In this document: positions 36,461-47,458 of the stretch, one piece after another
Layout: every line of letters starts with the position of its first letter
How positions within the stretch are numbered: position 1 is the stretch's first letter
Source: Gemmatimonadales bacterium
Lineage (GTDB): Bacteria > Gemmatimonadota > Gemmatimonadetes > Gemmatimonadales > GWC2-71-9
NCBI GenBank assembly: GCA_025935995.1
Contig: JAICUF010000003.1
Span: forward strand, 67-64,066
Length of the DNA stretch: 64,000 nt
Direction of reading: 5' to 3'
Position numbers and translations under genes: made by a program
Notes under the pieces: generated by a model
What the model was told of the DNA's origin: nothing
Database searches by the model: none
What the model saw: the letters and a program-made list of their open reading frames with translations, nothing else

Positions 36461-38434
36461 ATGCTTTTCCCGCTGCTTCTGGCGCTGGTCCAGCAGGCCA
36501 CGCCCGCTCAGGCTTCGCCCATCGCCCGCGTGGAGGTGACGCCGGCGCGGGCGGAGATTCCGATCGCGGGCACCGTGCGCCTGAGCGCGCGCGCGCTCGA
36601 CGCCAAGGGCCAGCCGGTGCCGGGCGCGCGCATCGCCTGGTTCGCCGGCGGCGGCGAGGGCAGCGTCGATTCGACCGGACTCGTGCTGGGCGGCTACCGC
36701 GGCTCGGTGCAGGTCCGCGCCGTCGCGTCGGTGCCGGGTACGACCGGGAACGCCTTCGGCAACGCGCTCATCACGGTGCTGCCGGCGCCGGCGACCCGGA
36801 TCGACGTCCGGCCGGCGGTCACGCGTCTGGCGACCGGGACGCGGCTCACCCTCTCGGGCACGCCGTACAGCGCGCAGAACGATCGGCGGGACGACGCGGT
36901 GCGGTTCAGCTCGAGCGCGCCCCGCGTCGCGACGATCAGCGCGGACGGCCGGCTCACGGCGCTCGCGCCCGGCCGCGCCGTCATCACGGCGCGCGCGGGA
37001 GCCGCCACGACCCCGGTGACGATCGACGTGGTGAGCAATCCGGTCACGCGGCTCGCCATCGAGCCCGCCGGCCGGAGCGTCCGCACCGGTGACGTCGTCC
37101 GCTTCAGTGCGCGGCCGACCGATGCCGCCGGCCGCGCGGTGCGCGGGCTGGGCGTGCGGTGGTCGCTCGAGGCGCTGAATCCGGCGGGAGTGGCGCAGGT
37201 GGACGAGGAGGGTGCGTTCGTGGCGGAGACGCCCGGCCGGTACACCGTGTCGGCCACGATCGGCAGCCAGACGAACGACGCGGTGATCGACGTCGCGCCG
37301 CGCCGCGTGGGGCGGCGGATCGAAGTCGAAGGCCGGGTGCCGCTCACCGTCCCGACGGCGGAGGTCTGGGTGCATCCGGGCGGGAAGTGCGTCTACCTGT
37401 CCACGATCTCCGACCGCGTCTACGCCATCGACGTCACCACGCCGACGGCGCCCAGGATCGTCGACTCGATGGTGACCAACTCCCGCATCGTGAACGACGT
37501 GATGACGACGGAGGACGGCCACTACGGCGTCTTCTCGCGCGAAGGCGCCTCGGACCGGAAGAACGGGATCGTGGTCTTCGACGCCTCCGATGCGTGCCAT
37601 CCGAAGCCGGTCGGCGCCTACACGGAAACCGTCTCGGGCGGCGTGCACTCGAGCTTCGTCTACCAGGGCCACGTCTACCTGACCGACGACGCCACGGGCT
37701 CGATGCGCGTGATCGACATCCGCGACCCGGCGCATCCGAAGGAGGTCGGCCGCTGGCAGACCGAGCAGACCGAGGCCGGCCGCTATCTTCACGACATCGA
37801 CGTGAAGGACGGGCTCGCCTACCTGGCCTACTGGAACGACGGTCTCGTCATCCTCGACGTGGGGAACGGGATGAAGGGCGGCTCGCCCGAGAAGCCGGTG
37901 CTCGTCTCGCAGTACAAGTACAACCTGAGCGAGCTGTACTCGCGGGTCGATCAGCTCTGGGGCCTCTCGGCCCGCGGCACCCACACGGCGTGGCGTCACC
38001 GGAACTACGTCTTCGTGGGGGACGAGGTCTACGCCGACGGCCCGTCGAAGGGGCTCACCCACGGCAACAGCCTCACCTTCGGCCGCCTCCACGTGATCGA
38101 CGTGGCGGACATCGAACACCCGAAGGAAGTGGCCTGGTACGAGCCGACCGACGGCGGCGTCCACAACGTCTGGGTGGCGGGCGACACGCTCTACCTGGGG
38201 AATTACCAGGGCGGGGCTCGCGCGCTGGACGTGTCCGGCGAGCTCAAGGGCGATCTGCTGCGTCAGGGACGGGAAATGACCTGGATCCTCACCGCCGACT
38301 CCGCCGGCATCCAGCCGCACACGCCGTTCGCGTGGGGCGCCGTGGTGAAGGACGGTCACATCTACGTGCCGGACATCAACAGCGGGCTCTGGGTGATGCG
38401 GCTCGAGCCGAAGGAGACGCCCGCGACGCCCTGA
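36461..38434 (+). CDS. Exported protein with Big_2 Ig-like domains and LVIVD-repeat beta-propeller
   Basis: Signal peptide; SSAPRVATISADG Big_2 motif; repeats MRVIDIRDP, LVILDV, LHVIDVAD. Confidence 0.85.
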   Translation: MLFPLLLALVQQATPAQASPIARVEVTPARAEIPIAGTVRLSARALDAKGQPVPGARIAWFAGGGEGSVDSTGLVLGGYRGSVQVRAVASVPGTTGNAFGNALITVLPAPATRIDVRPAVTRLATGTRLTLSGTPYSAQNDRRDDAVRFSSSAPRVATISADGRLTALAPGRAVITARAGAATTPVTIDVVSNPVTRLAIEPAGRSVRTGDVVRFSARPTDAAGRAVRGLGVRWSLEALNPAGVAQVDEEGAFVAETPGRYTVSATIGSQTNDAVIDVAPRRVGRRIEVEGRVPLTVPTAEVWVHPGGKCVYLSTISDRVYAIDVTTPTAPRIVDSMVTNSRIVNDVMTTEDGHYGVFSREGASDRKNGIVVFDASDACHPKPVGAYTETVSGGVHSSFVYQGHVYLTDDATGSMRVIDIRDPAHPKEVGRWQTEQTEAGRYLHDIDVKDGLAYLAYWNDGLVILDVGNGMKGGSPEKPVLVSQYKYNLSELYSRVDQLWGLSARGTHTAWRHRNYVFVGDEVYADGPSKGLTHGNSLTFGRLHVIDVADIEHPKEVAWYEPTDGGVHNVWVAGDTLYLGNYQGGARALDVSGELKGDLLRQGREMTWILTADSAGIQPHTPFAWGAVVKDGHIYVPDINSGLWVMRLEPKETPATP

Positions 38435-38435
38435 G

Positions 38436-40364
38436 TCAGGGCGTGAGGCGCGCGGTGGCCCGGCCCAGCTCCACTGGCCACCGCAGCGTCACCGACTCGC
38501 CCTGGCGGGTCCGGTCGAGACCGCGCTCGGACTTGGCGACGGTTTCGACCGGATACCTCCACGTCTCCGCGGGAGGGGTCGTCTCGATCGCCAGCGGCCG
38601 GACGAGCGACAGCTCGACCGTGAAGAGATCGCCGGGCGCGCCCGCGTCCCCCCCCCACTCGTATTCCACCGTCACGATGCCCGACCGCTCGAAACGCAGG
38701 CGCTTGGAGAGCGCGTGGCGCGCCTCGGCCGCCGAGCGGCAGTGGAGCACCACCGCCTCCGGTTCGCGGACGATCTGGTAAGAGAATGCCGCCCGCGCCC
38801 AGCTGAACGCCACCGGATATTCCCCGTGCCGGTACGCCTCTTCGGACAGTGATCCCGGCAGAACCCGCTCCTGCAGGATCGCGCGGTCGTCGGCGTCGAG
38901 CGGGGGACGCTCGGTGAGCCGCAGCCCCTCCTCGATGTCGTGGATGCTCGGCGCGCCGCCGTCGTCGGCGGGGGCCGGCGGCGCGGGTGCGAGCGCGGCG
39001 TCGTGGTACGCCTCCCGGCGCCGCGTGAGGACGTCGGCGAGGTTCACCGCGCTCCGGAAGACGCTGTACTCCTCGATGGCGGCGCCCCGCACCGGGCTCA
39101 CGACGGCGGAGAACTGGTCCGAGTGCAGCCAGACCTCCGTCCGGCCGTCGCCGTCGAAGTCCACCACGTCGCACGCGATCGTCTCGCCTTCCCGGAGCGC
39201 GGCCTCGGCGCGGGCCAGGTTGGCCCAGATCGCCTCGCGAAGATGGGGGAGATAGAGTCCGCCGAACACGCCGTGCCAGTAGGCGTCGTTGCACTGGGCG
39301 CGGCCGATGGCGCGGCGGACCTCGGGCGGATCGCCGCGCCGCCGCGCCAATGCGGAGAGCGCCTGCATCTTCTTGTGCATCCGGTTCGACTCGGGGTACT
39401 TCGCGAGGAAATTCCGCCAGTGGGCCCCGCGGACGAGGGCGCCGTCCGGCCCCGCCATGCGCGCTTCTCCCAGATCCCGCTCGAGGCGATCGAGCCGGAT
39501 CGCCGCGTCGGGCGGCAGTGACCACGCCTCCATCTCGCGATACGATGCCGTCGGCAGGTAGGCCAGGCCGGCGCTCGGCACCTCGTCGAGCGCCGCGGTG
39601 AGCGTGCTGAGGACGACCTCGCCGTTCGCAATCAGTCCGCCGATGGTGTCGATGAAGTGGTCGAGCCATCCGCGCCCGTAGACCCACTCGTGCGTGCCGG
39701 GCCACCCGCCGAACTTCTCGCCGTCGTCCGCCAGCAGCGCAAGGCGGTGGCCCGCGGCGCGCAGCTCCCGCAGATAGTCGGCGGTCTCTTCCGGCGGTCG
39801 AAAGGGGATCAGGTAGCGGAGGCGCTCGTCGATCGGGAAAAGCGCCAGCGGCCGGCCGTCGCTCTCCGTGTAGTAGGGCGCGTGCAGCTGTTCGGATCGG
39901 AAGCCGGTGACGAGAAAGTGCCGGTCGTCCACCAGGGCGTAGCGAACGCCCGCCTCCGCCAGGTCCGCCGCGAGCTCCGGCTCCCACACCCGCTCGGTGA
40001 GCCAGAGGCCGGTCGCCTCGACTCCGAACCGCCGCTCGAGGGCCTCGCGCATCCAGCCGATCTGCTCCACGCGGTCACGGCGTGGCAGCGAGGCAAGGAC
40101 CGGCTCGTAGAACCCGGCGAGCAGCAGCTCGAGGCGCCCATCGGCCGCGAGACGACCGAGCTGGTCGAGGTAGCCCGAGTCATGCTCCTCGAGCCACTCC
40201 AGGAGCGGTCCCGACACGTGCAGGACGGCCGGCAAGAAGCCCCGCGTCTCCAGCCGCTCGAGCAGCGGCCGGTAGACGTCGCGCACATGCTGCTCGAACA
40301 CGTGATCGAAGTTTCCGACGGGCTGATGCAGGTGCAGGCCGAACACAAAACGGATCGGATCCAT
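38436..40364 (-). CDS. GH57 4-alpha-glucanotransferase/alpha-amylase
   Basis: HLHQPVGNF, GLWLTERVWEP, DDGEKFGGWPGT, QCNDAYWHGVFGGLYLPHLR. Confidence 0.92.
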   Translation of the reverse strand: MDPIRFVFGLHLHQPVGNFDHVFEQHVRDVYRPLLERLETRGFLPAVLHVSGPLLEWLEEHDSGYLDQLGRLAADGRLELLLAGFYEPVLASLPRRDRVEQIGWMREALERRFGVEATGLWLTERVWEPELAADLAEAGVRYALVDDRHFLVTGFRSEQLHAPYYTESDGRPLALFPIDERLRYLIPFRPPEETADYLRELRAAGHRLALLADDGEKFGGWPGTHEWVYGRGWLDHFIDTIGGLIANGEVVLSTLTAALDEVPSAGLAYLPTASYREMEAWSLPPDAAIRLDRLERDLGEARMAGPDGALVRGAHWRNFLAKYPESNRMHKKMQALSALARRRGDPPEVRRAIGRAQCNDAYWHGVFGGLYLPHLREAIWANLARAEAALREGETIACDVVDFDGDGRTEVWLHSDQFSAVVSPVRGAAIEEYSVFRSAVNLADVLTRRREAYHDAALAPAPPAPADDGGAPSIHDIEEGLRLTERPPLDADDRAILQERVLPGSLSEEAYRHGEYPVAFSWARAAFSYQIVREPEAVVLHCRSAAEARHALSKRLRFERSGIVTVEYEWGGDAGAPGDLFTVELSLVRPLAIETTPPAETWRYPVETVAKSERGLDRTRQGESVTLRWPVELGRATARLTP

Positions 40365-40367
40365 GGC

Positions 40368-42050
40368 TCAGGCGTGCGCGAGCGGGCGAAGCCCGCTGAC
40401 GGCGGCGCGGAGCGACGGCAGCACGTCGGGGAAAAGGTCGTCCCGGCGGGCCAGGCGGCCCACCAGCGCTTCCGCTTCCGCGAGGCGGGCGGGGGAGCGA
40501 TCCGCAAGCGCGGGAAGGAGACTCGCCAGGTCGTCGCAGTGGCCGTTGAAGCGGCGCTCGGCGTAGTCCACCACGGCGCCGGTCGAGATGATGAACTGCC
40601 AGTCGGAGGACTGCGCGAGGAGCAGCGAGCGCGCGGCCTGCGCGAGCACCCGGTGCGCGGCGGGATCGGCGAGCGCCGCCGGCGCCGCGTCCCAAAACGC
40701 TTCCTCGAGCGGCCAGAGGCGGAGCCAGGTCCAGGCGGTGCGATCGCCGAGCCACATGCTGAAGTCGCCGTTGGCGCCCCAGGAGCCCGCCGGCATGCGG
40801 ATGCCGGTCGTCGGCGGGTGCGCCTCGAGATGCGCGGAGCCGGTGGCGGGACGCACCCGGCGGTCGCCGGCGAGCGCGCGGTACGCCGCGCCCAGGAAGT
40901 CGGGCCCCTCGAACCACCAGTGACCGAACAGCTCGGTGTCGAAAGGCGCGACGATCACGCCATCGGCATTCCGCGACTCGCCGGCCGTGATGGTGTCGAG
41001 GAGTCCCGCGAAGTGGTCGGCGTGCGACCGGACCCGCGCGCCGGCCTCGGCCGGCTGATAGCGGTCCTTCGCGCCGAGATCGACGTTCCCGCCCGTGACG
41101 CGCCAGAGCTTGAGTCCGCCCGGCCAGCGCATCTTGTGGAACTCGAGATACCAGGGATCGCCGGGATAGCCCTCGTGGCGGCTCCAGACCTGCGATGACG
41201 CCCGGGGATCCCGCACGTAGGCCGCGATCCGTGCCCGGCCCGCCGACAGCACGCCGTAGGCGCGATAGGGAGAGCGCCGGGTGCCCGCGAGTGCCGTGCC
41301 GTCGGCGCCGGCATCCGGGCCCGTGACGAGGCTGCCGTAGAGCCCGAGTGGGGTTCCGGCGGCGGCCAGATGGGCGTCGACGAAGAAGTAGCGGAAGCCG
41401 GCGTCGGCGAGATGCTCGTCGATTCCGCGGCGGAGCGGGGAACGGGGCGCGCCCGGCCACGGATCCCACGGGCCGCGCGGCCGGTACGCGCATTCCGGAA
41501 GCCAGCAGCCGCGCGGCGCGCGGCCGAAGAGCCGCCGGTGCTCCGTCACGCCGAGCGCCAGCTGGAAGCGGATGCTCTCGTCGCGCGCGAGGAGCGGGAG
41601 GAAGCCGTGCGTGGCCGCGGACCCGATGATCTCCAGCCGTCCCGCGTCCTCGAGCGCGCGGAACGCGCCGATGAGATCGCCTCCGGTGGCGCGGAAGAGA
41701 TCGCGGAGCCGGGTGAGCCGGTCGCGCCAGTAGCCCACCAGCGGGAGCAGGTGTGCGTCGCCGGTGCCCGCGAGCGAGGCGGGGGCGTCATCGCAGGCGG
41801 CGAGGCGCTGCGCGAGAAAGGCCTCGAGCTCGTCGGCGAAGGCCGCGCTCGCCAGCTGATTGGCGAGCACCGGCGTGAACCCGATCGTCACCGGCGCCGC
41901 GACGTGATCGTCGGCGAGGCCGCGGAGCGTTTCGAGCAGCGGGAGATAGGTGTCCACCGCCGCCTCGGTCAGCCAGTCGCTGCCGTGCGGCCAGCGTCCG
42001 TGATGCAGCACGTACGGCAGGTGGCTGTGCAGCGCCAGCACGAAGTCCAT
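40368..42050 (-). CDS. GH57 1,4-alpha-glucan branching enzyme (DUF1957-containing)
   Basis: LHSHLPYV, GCWLPECAY, PFDTELFGHWWFEGP, LLAQSSDWQF. Confidence 0.93.
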   Translation of the reverse strand: MDFVLALHSHLPYVLHHGRWPHGSDWLTEAAVDTYLPLLETLRGLADDHVAAPVTIGFTPVLANQLASAAFADELEAFLAQRLAACDDAPASLAGTGDAHLLPLVGYWRDRLTRLRDLFRATGGDLIGAFRALEDAGRLEIIGSAATHGFLPLLARDESIRFQLALGVTEHRRLFGRAPRGCWLPECAYRPRGPWDPWPGAPRSPLRRGIDEHLADAGFRYFFVDAHLAAAGTPLGLYGSLVTGPDAGADGTALAGTRRSPYRAYGVLSAGRARIAAYVRDPRASSQVWSRHEGYPGDPWYLEFHKMRWPGGLKLWRVTGGNVDLGAKDRYQPAEAGARVRSHADHFAGLLDTITAGESRNADGVIVAPFDTELFGHWWFEGPDFLGAAYRALAGDRRVRPATGSAHLEAHPPTTGIRMPAGSWGANGDFSMWLGDRTAWTWLRLWPLEEAFWDAAPAALADPAAHRVLAQAARSLLLAQSSDWQFIISTGAVVDYAERRFNGHCDDLASLLPALADRSPARLAEAEALVGRLARRDDLFPDVLPSLRAAVSGLRPLAHA

Positions 42051-43505
42051 CTAGGCTCTCCGCGCGGCCAGGGCGGCGGCGTCGCGGTAGACCTCGAGAT
42101 ACCGGTCGGTGGCGCGCTCCCAGCTGAAGTCGCGCGCCATCGCGGTCGCCATCATCTCCTGCCAGCGCGACTGGTCGGCCATGCGCTCGAGGGCGCGGAA
42201 GGCGGCCGCCTCGAAGGCGGCGGCGTCGTAGGGATCGAAGAGGAACCCGGTGACCTCGTCGTCGATCGTGTCGGCCAGTCCGCCCACCCGCCGCGCCACC
42301 GGCAACGCGCCGTACCGCTGGGCGCGCATCTGCGTGAGGCCGCACGGCTCGTAGAGTGAGGGCATCAGGAAGAGATCGGCGCCGGCCATGAGCCGATGCT
42401 CCAGCCGGTCGGTGAAATCGAGCTGCACGCCGATCCGGTCGGGCGCCGATCGGGCAAGCTCGACGAGCGCCGACTCATACTTGACCTCCCCGCCGCCGAG
42501 GAACACGAACTGCGCGTCGATGTCGAGCAGGTCACGGCTCGCGAGGATGAGATCGAGCCCCTTCTGCGTCACCAGGCGGCCGGTCATGCCGAACAGCGGG
42601 ACCTTCTTCCTGAGGGGAAGGCCGAAGGACCGCTGCAGGGCGGCCTTGCAGCGCTTCTTTCCCTCGAGGCTGCCCGCGCTGTAGCGGGCCGTGATCTGCG
42701 GGTCGAGCGACGGTGTCCAGACCGCCTGGTCGATCCCGTTGAGAATGCCGACGAGCCGGTTGCCCAGCGCGGTGAACATGTTGTGCAGCCCGAAGCCGCC
42801 GCCCGGCGTCCGCAGCTCCTCGGCCTGCGTCGGGCTCACCGTGACGGCGCAGTCGGAGAAGGCGAGGCCACCCTTCAGGAAGTTCGTCTTCCCGTGCCAC
42901 TCGAGCTGCTGCCAGTTGTACAGCTCCCAGGGGATGCCGAGATCGGGGATCACCTCCGGAGGGAAGTGGCCCTGATAGCCCGGATTGTGAATGGACATCA
43001 CCGTCGGGACCGGCCCGCCGAACCGGTCGGTGCCGAGGACGCCGTTCAGGTACACCGGGGCGAGGGCGGTGTGCCAGTCATGGGCGTGCAGGACGAACGG
43101 CGGCTTCACGAGCTTGGGCAGCGCCGTCAGCGCCGCCAGCGCGAAGAAGGCAAAGCGGCGGGCGTTGTCCGGGTAGTCCACCGCCTGCTCGCCGTAGATG
43201 CCGGGGCGGTAGAAGTAGTCGCGGTGCTCGATGAAGTAGACGCGCGGCCCGTCGGTGCGCTCGGTCGACCGGAAGACGCGGGCCTCTTCGCTGCGCGGCC
43301 CGACCTGGACGGTGAACGGCGAGCCGACGGGCTGGAGATCGGGCGCCACGTCCCGCACCGTGCGGTAGAGCGGCATGATCACGCTGACGTCGAGGCCGGC
43401 GCGCTGCTGGAACTGGGCGAGTCCGCTCACGGCTTCGGCGAGGCCGCCGGTCCGGGCGAACGGATGGTATTCGGCCGTGAGGTGGACGGCGCTGGCGGGG
43501 TTCAT
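42051..43505 (-). CDS. glgA: Glycogen synthase (GT5)
   Basis: RTGGLAE (KTGGL-like), HAHDWH, GILNGID, RLVTQKG, PSLYEPCGLTQM, VGGLADT. Confidence 0.96.
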   Translation of the reverse strand: MNPASAVHLTAEYHPFARTGGLAEAVSGLAQFQQRAGLDVSVIMPLYRTVRDVAPDLQPVGSPFTVQVGPRSEEARVFRSTERTDGPRVYFIEHRDYFYRPGIYGEQAVDYPDNARRFAFFALAALTALPKLVKPPFVLHAHDWHTALAPVYLNGVLGTDRFGGPVPTVMSIHNPGYQGHFPPEVIPDLGIPWELYNWQQLEWHGKTNFLKGGLAFSDCAVTVSPTQAEELRTPGGGFGLHNMFTALGNRLVGILNGIDQAVWTPSLDPQITARYSAGSLEGKKRCKAALQRSFGLPLRKKVPLFGMTGRLVTQKGLDLILASRDLLDIDAQFVFLGGGEVKYESALVELARSAPDRIGVQLDFTDRLEHRLMAGADLFLMPSLYEPCGLTQMRAQRYGALPVARRVGGLADTIDDEVTGFLFDPYDAAAFEAAAFRALERMADQSRWQEMMATAMARDFSWERATDRYLEVYRDAAALAARRA

Positions 43506-43515
43506 GGCTGCTGCC

Positions 43516-45669
43516 TCATGCAGTGGGCGGATCGTCGCCCGACGCTTCCCCGCGCATCGCGGGGACATAGTACGCGCGGACGTAATCCTGCACCATGCGG
43601 CGGCCGGTGAAGCGGCTGCCGGCGAGACGGATCGCGTACCGCATCTTCTCGACCCAGCCGAGCGGCACGCCCTGCGCGTCGCGCGTGTAGAAGAGCGGGA
43701 TCAGCTGCTCCTCGAGCAGCCGGTAGAGCCGGTCGGCATCCTCCGCGTCCGGCTCGGCTTCCTCGCCGGCCGGAGGAATCGCCCACCCGCTCAATCCATC
43801 GTAGCCCTCCTGCCACCACCCGTCGAGTGTCCCGAGCTGCGGCACCCCGTTGAGCCCGGCCTTCATCCCGCTCGTGCCCGAGGCCTCGAGCGGGACCCGC
43901 GGCAGGTTGAGCCACACGTCGACGCCCTGCACCAGCAGGTGCGCGAGGTGCATGTCGTAGTCTTCCAGGAACGCGACGCGGCCCTGGAAGGCGGGGTCCC
44001 GCGTGAACTGGTAGACCCGCTGCAGCACTTCCTTGCCGGGCGTGTCCGCCGGATGCGCCTTGCCGGCGAAGACGATCTGCAGCGGGCGGTAGGGGTCGGC
44101 CGCGAGGCGCCGCAGCCGCTCGAGGTCGTGAAAGACGAGGCTCGCCCGCTTGTAGGTGGCGAACCGCCGGGCGAACCCGATCGTGAGCGCGGCCGGATCG
44201 AGGAGCGTGCCGGCGCCGACCACATGCGCCGCCTCGCGCCATCGGTCGGCGAAGCGCCACCGCGCGTCCTCCCGGATCAGCCGGAAGAGGACGTTCTTGA
44301 GCTCGACGTGCACCTGCCACAGCCGCTCCGGATCGAGCCGCGGCACCTGGTCCCACATGCGCGGATCCTCCGGCCGCCGGTTCCAGCCCGGGCCGAGGAG
44401 CTCGTCGAGCATCCGCCGGATCGGCGTCGCCATCCAGGTCTCGAGATGCACGCCGTTGGTGATGTGCCCGATCGGCACCGCTTCGGCCGGCCGGTTGGGC
44501 CAGAGCTCGCGCCAGAGCTGCCGGGACACCTGCCCGTGCCGGCGGGACACGCCGTTGATGCGTGACGAAAGGCGGGTCGCGGCCACCGTCATGTGGAAGA
44601 GATCGGGCTGGCCGGGGAATTCGCCGAGTCCGAGCAGCGTCTCGCGCGCGACGCCCATCGGCTCCCAGATCGGTCCGGCCACACGCTCGACTTCCTCGAA
44701 GGAGAAGAAGTCGTGTCCCGCCGGCACCGGCGTGTGGGTGGTGAAGACGCTGGTCGCGCGCACCCGCGCGACCGCCTCCTCCAGCGTCCGTCCCGCCGCG
44801 ACCTGCTCGCGAAGCCGCTCGAGCAGCATGAACGCCGCGTGGCCCTCGTTCGCGTGCCACACGGCGGGATCGATTCCGACCGCGCGGAGGACCCGCACGC
44901 CGCCCACGCCCAGGATCCATTCCTGCCGGAGCCGCATGTCGGGGCCCCCGGCGTAGAGCTTGTTCATCAGGCTGCGGTCCTCGGGGTGATTCACCTCGAG
45001 GTTGGTGTCGAGGAGATATACGGGGACGCGGCCCACCATGATGCGCCACGCGCCGACGTGCACCGGCCGGCCGCAGGTCTCGACGACGGTGACGAACGGC
45101 TCGCGCCCGGGCCCCGTGAGCTGCACGAGCGGCGTGGCCGAGACATCGAACTCCTCGTCGGTGTCCTCCTGCCAGCCGTCGAGCCGCAGGCGCTGGTCGA
45201 AGTACCCCTTCTCGTAGAGGAGCCCGACGCCCACGAGCGGCACGCCCAGATCGGACGCCGATTTGCAGTGATCGCCGGCGAGCACGCCGAGGCCGCCCGA
45301 GTAGATCGGCACCGAATTGTGCAGGCCGAACTCGGCGCAGAAATAGGCGACCTGCCGGCCGCGGAGATCGCCGTAGTGCTCGGTGAACCACGTCTCGTCG
45401 GTCGTGGTCTCCCGGCGGAAGCGCTCCATCACGCTGTCGTAGAGACGGAGGTAGGCGGGGTCGCTGGCGCAGGCGGCGATGCGCGCGGGGTCCACGCGGC
45501 GGAGCAGCTGGAGGGGGTTGTGGTGGGTCTGGTGCCAGAGCAGCTCGTCGATGGCGCGGAAGAGCGCCCGCGCATCGCGGCTCCAACTCCAGCGGAGGTT
45601 CATCGCGAGCGCAGCGAGCCCCTCGACCCGCGCGGGCAGGTAGGGGATCCGGGTGTCGGCGCCGCTCAT
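43516..45669 (-). CDS. glgP: Alpha-glucan phosphorylase
   Basis: YFCAEFG...YSGGLGVLAGDH, ARRFATYKRA, AGKAHP, EASGTSGMK (PLP lysine). Confidence 0.96.
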   Translation of the reverse strand: MSGADTRIPYLPARVEGLAALAMNLRWSWSRDARALFRAIDELLWHQTHHNPLQLLRRVDPARIAACASDPAYLRLYDSVMERFRRETTTDETWFTEHYGDLRGRQVAYFCAEFGLHNSVPIYSGGLGVLAGDHCKSASDLGVPLVGVGLLYEKGYFDQRLRLDGWQEDTDEEFDVSATPLVQLTGPGREPFVTVVETCGRPVHVGAWRIMVGRVPVYLLDTNLEVNHPEDRSLMNKLYAGGPDMRLRQEWILGVGGVRVLRAVGIDPAVWHANEGHAAFMLLERLREQVAAGRTLEEAVARVRATSVFTTHTPVPAGHDFFSFEEVERVAGPIWEPMGVARETLLGLGEFPGQPDLFHMTVAATRLSSRINGVSRRHGQVSRQLWRELWPNRPAEAVPIGHITNGVHLETWMATPIRRMLDELLGPGWNRRPEDPRMWDQVPRLDPERLWQVHVELKNVLFRLIREDARWRFADRWREAAHVVGAGTLLDPAALTIGFARRFATYKRASLVFHDLERLRRLAADPYRPLQIVFAGKAHPADTPGKEVLQRVYQFTRDPAFQGRVAFLEDYDMHLAHLLVQGVDVWLNLPRVPLEASGTSGMKAGLNGVPQLGTLDGWWQEGYDGLSGWAIPPAGEEAEPDAEDADRLYRLLEEQLIPLFYTRDAQGVPLGWVEKMRYAIRLAGSRFTGRRMVQDYVRAYYVPAMRGEASGDDPPTA

Positions 45670-45672
45670 CGC

Positions 45673-47349
45673 TCAGTGCACCAGCTTCTTGTATTTGATC
45701 CGGTGCGGCTGGTCCACCGAGGCGCCCTTCCGGCGGTGGTAGTCGGCGGCATACTCCTGGTAGTTGCCCTCGTACCAGACCACCTCGCTGTCACCCTCGA
45801 AGGCGAGGATGTGCGTCGCGATCCGGTCGAGGAACCAGCGATCGTGGCTGATCACCACGGCGCATCCCGCGAACGACAGGAGCGCCTCCTCGAGCGCCCG
45901 CAGCGTGTCGACGTCGAGATCGTTGGTGGGCTCGTCGAGGAGCAGCAGGTTGCCCCCGCTCTTGAGCAGCTTCGCCAGATGCAGCCGGTTCCGCTCGCCG
46001 CCCGACAGGTCGCGCACCCGCTTCTGCTGGTCGGCACCGCGGAAGTTGAAGCCCGCCGCGTAGGCGCGCGCGTTCACGGTGCGCTTCCCGAACTGGAGCT
46101 GGTCCTCCCCGCCGGAGATCTCCTCGTACACCGTCTTCGCGCCGTCGAGGGTCTCCCGGCTCTGGTCCACGTAGGCGATCTGCACCGTGGAGCCGACGGT
46201 AAGCGTCCCGCCGTCCGGCTGTTCCTGGCCGGTGATCATCCGGAAGAGCGTCGTCTTGCCCGCGCCGTTCGGGCCGATCACGCCCACGATGCCGCCGCGG
46301 GGCAGGGAAAAGCTCAGGCGGTCGATCAGCAGCCGGTCGCCGTAGCCCTTGGTGAGCCCCTCCGCGATCACGACTTCGTTGCCCAGCCGCTCCGGCACCG
46401 GAATGAGGATCTCGGCGGTGCCCTCCTGCTGGCGCTCGCTCGCCTCGCGCAGCTCCTCGTACGCGGTGATGCGCGCCTTGCTCTTGGCATGCCGCGCGCG
46501 CGGAGCCATCCGGATCCACTCGAGCTCGCGCTCGAGCGTCCGCTGGCGCGCCGACGCCTGCTTCTCCTCCACGGCGAGGCGCTGCTGCTTCTGCCCGAGC
46601 CACGACGAGTAGTTCCCCTCGTAGGGGATGCCCGCGCCGCGGTCCAGCTCCAGGATCCACTTCGCCACGTTGTCGAGGAAGTAGCGGTCGTGGGTGACGG
46701 CGACGACGGTGCCGGGGAATTCCGCCAGATAGCGCTCGAGCCACCAGACGCTCTCGGCGTCCAGGTGGTTGGTCGGCTCGTCGAGCAGGAGCATGTCGGG
46801 CTGTTCGAGGAGGAGCCGGCAGAGCGCGACCCGCCGCCGCTCGCCGCCGGAGATGCGGCCGACGTCGGCGTCCCCCGGGGGCAGACGGAGCGCGTCCATC
46901 GAGAGATCGACCTTGTGGTCCAGCTCCCAGAGGCCCAGCGCGTCGATCCGTTCCTGCAGATTCCCCTGCTTCTCGAGCAGGCGGTTCATCGCGTCGTCGT
47001 CCATCGGCTCGGCGAAGCGGACACTGATCTCGTTGAACTGGTCGAGGAGGGCCTGCTGCTCGCGGACGCCTTCCATCACGTTCCCGCGGACGTCCTTCGC
47101 CGGATCGAGCTCGGGCTCCTGCGGGAGGTACCCGATGCGGACGCCCGGGAGCGGCCGGGCCTCACCCAGGTAGTCGTGATCCACGCCGGCCATGATGCGG
47201 AGCAGGGTGCTCTTCCCCGCGCCGTTCGCGCCGAGGACGCCGATCTTGGCACCGGGGTAGAACGAGAGGTAGATCCCCTTGAGGATCTCCTTGCTGGGGG
47301 GCACGACCTTCCGGAGGTCGCGCATCGTGAAGATGTATTCGCCGGCCAT
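45673..47349 (-). CDS. ettA: Energy-dependent translational throttle ABC-F protein
   Basis: 558 aa; [28 protein letters not shown]; two ABC cassettes; C-terminal PHRIKYKKL. Confidence 0.97.
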   Translation of the reverse strand: MAGEYIFTMRDLRKVVPPSKEILKGIYLSFYPGAKIGVLGANGAGKSTLLRIMAGVDHDYLGEARPLPGVRIGYLPQEPELDPAKDVRGNVMEGVREQQALLDQFNEISVRFAEPMDDDAMNRLLEKQGNLQERIDALGLWELDHKVDLSMDALRLPPGDADVGRISGGERRRVALCRLLLEQPDMLLLDEPTNHLDAESVWWLERYLAEFPGTVVAVTHDRYFLDNVAKWILELDRGAGIPYEGNYSSWLGQKQQRLAVEEKQASARQRTLERELEWIRMAPRARHAKSKARITAYEELREASERQQEGTAEILIPVPERLGNEVVIAEGLTKGYGDRLLIDRLSFSLPRGGIVGVIGPNGAGKTTLFRMITGQEQPDGGTLTVGSTVQIAYVDQSRETLDGAKTVYEEISGGEDQLQFGKRTVNARAYAAGFNFRGADQQKRVRDLSGGERNRLHLAKLLKSGGNLLLLDEPTNDLDVDTLRALEEALLSFAGCAVVISHDRWFLDRIATHILAFEGDSEVVWYEGNYQEYAADYHRRKGASVDQPHRIKYKKLVH

Positions 47350-47405
47350 AGGGACGGCAAGATAGACCGCTCCCGGCGATTAATGAACCGCGCGCGGCGG
47401 GTCCG

Positions 47406-47434
47406 AAAATGAAAGAGGCGCCCAGCGGGGCGCC
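47406..47434 (-). terminator. Intrinsic terminator of the SWIB gene
   Basis: GGCGCCC/GGGCGCC stem with T-rich tail (TCTTTCATTTT) on the minus strand. Confidence 0.7.
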
Positions 47435-47458
47435 CCTTGTGTTCGACCGACCGTGCCG

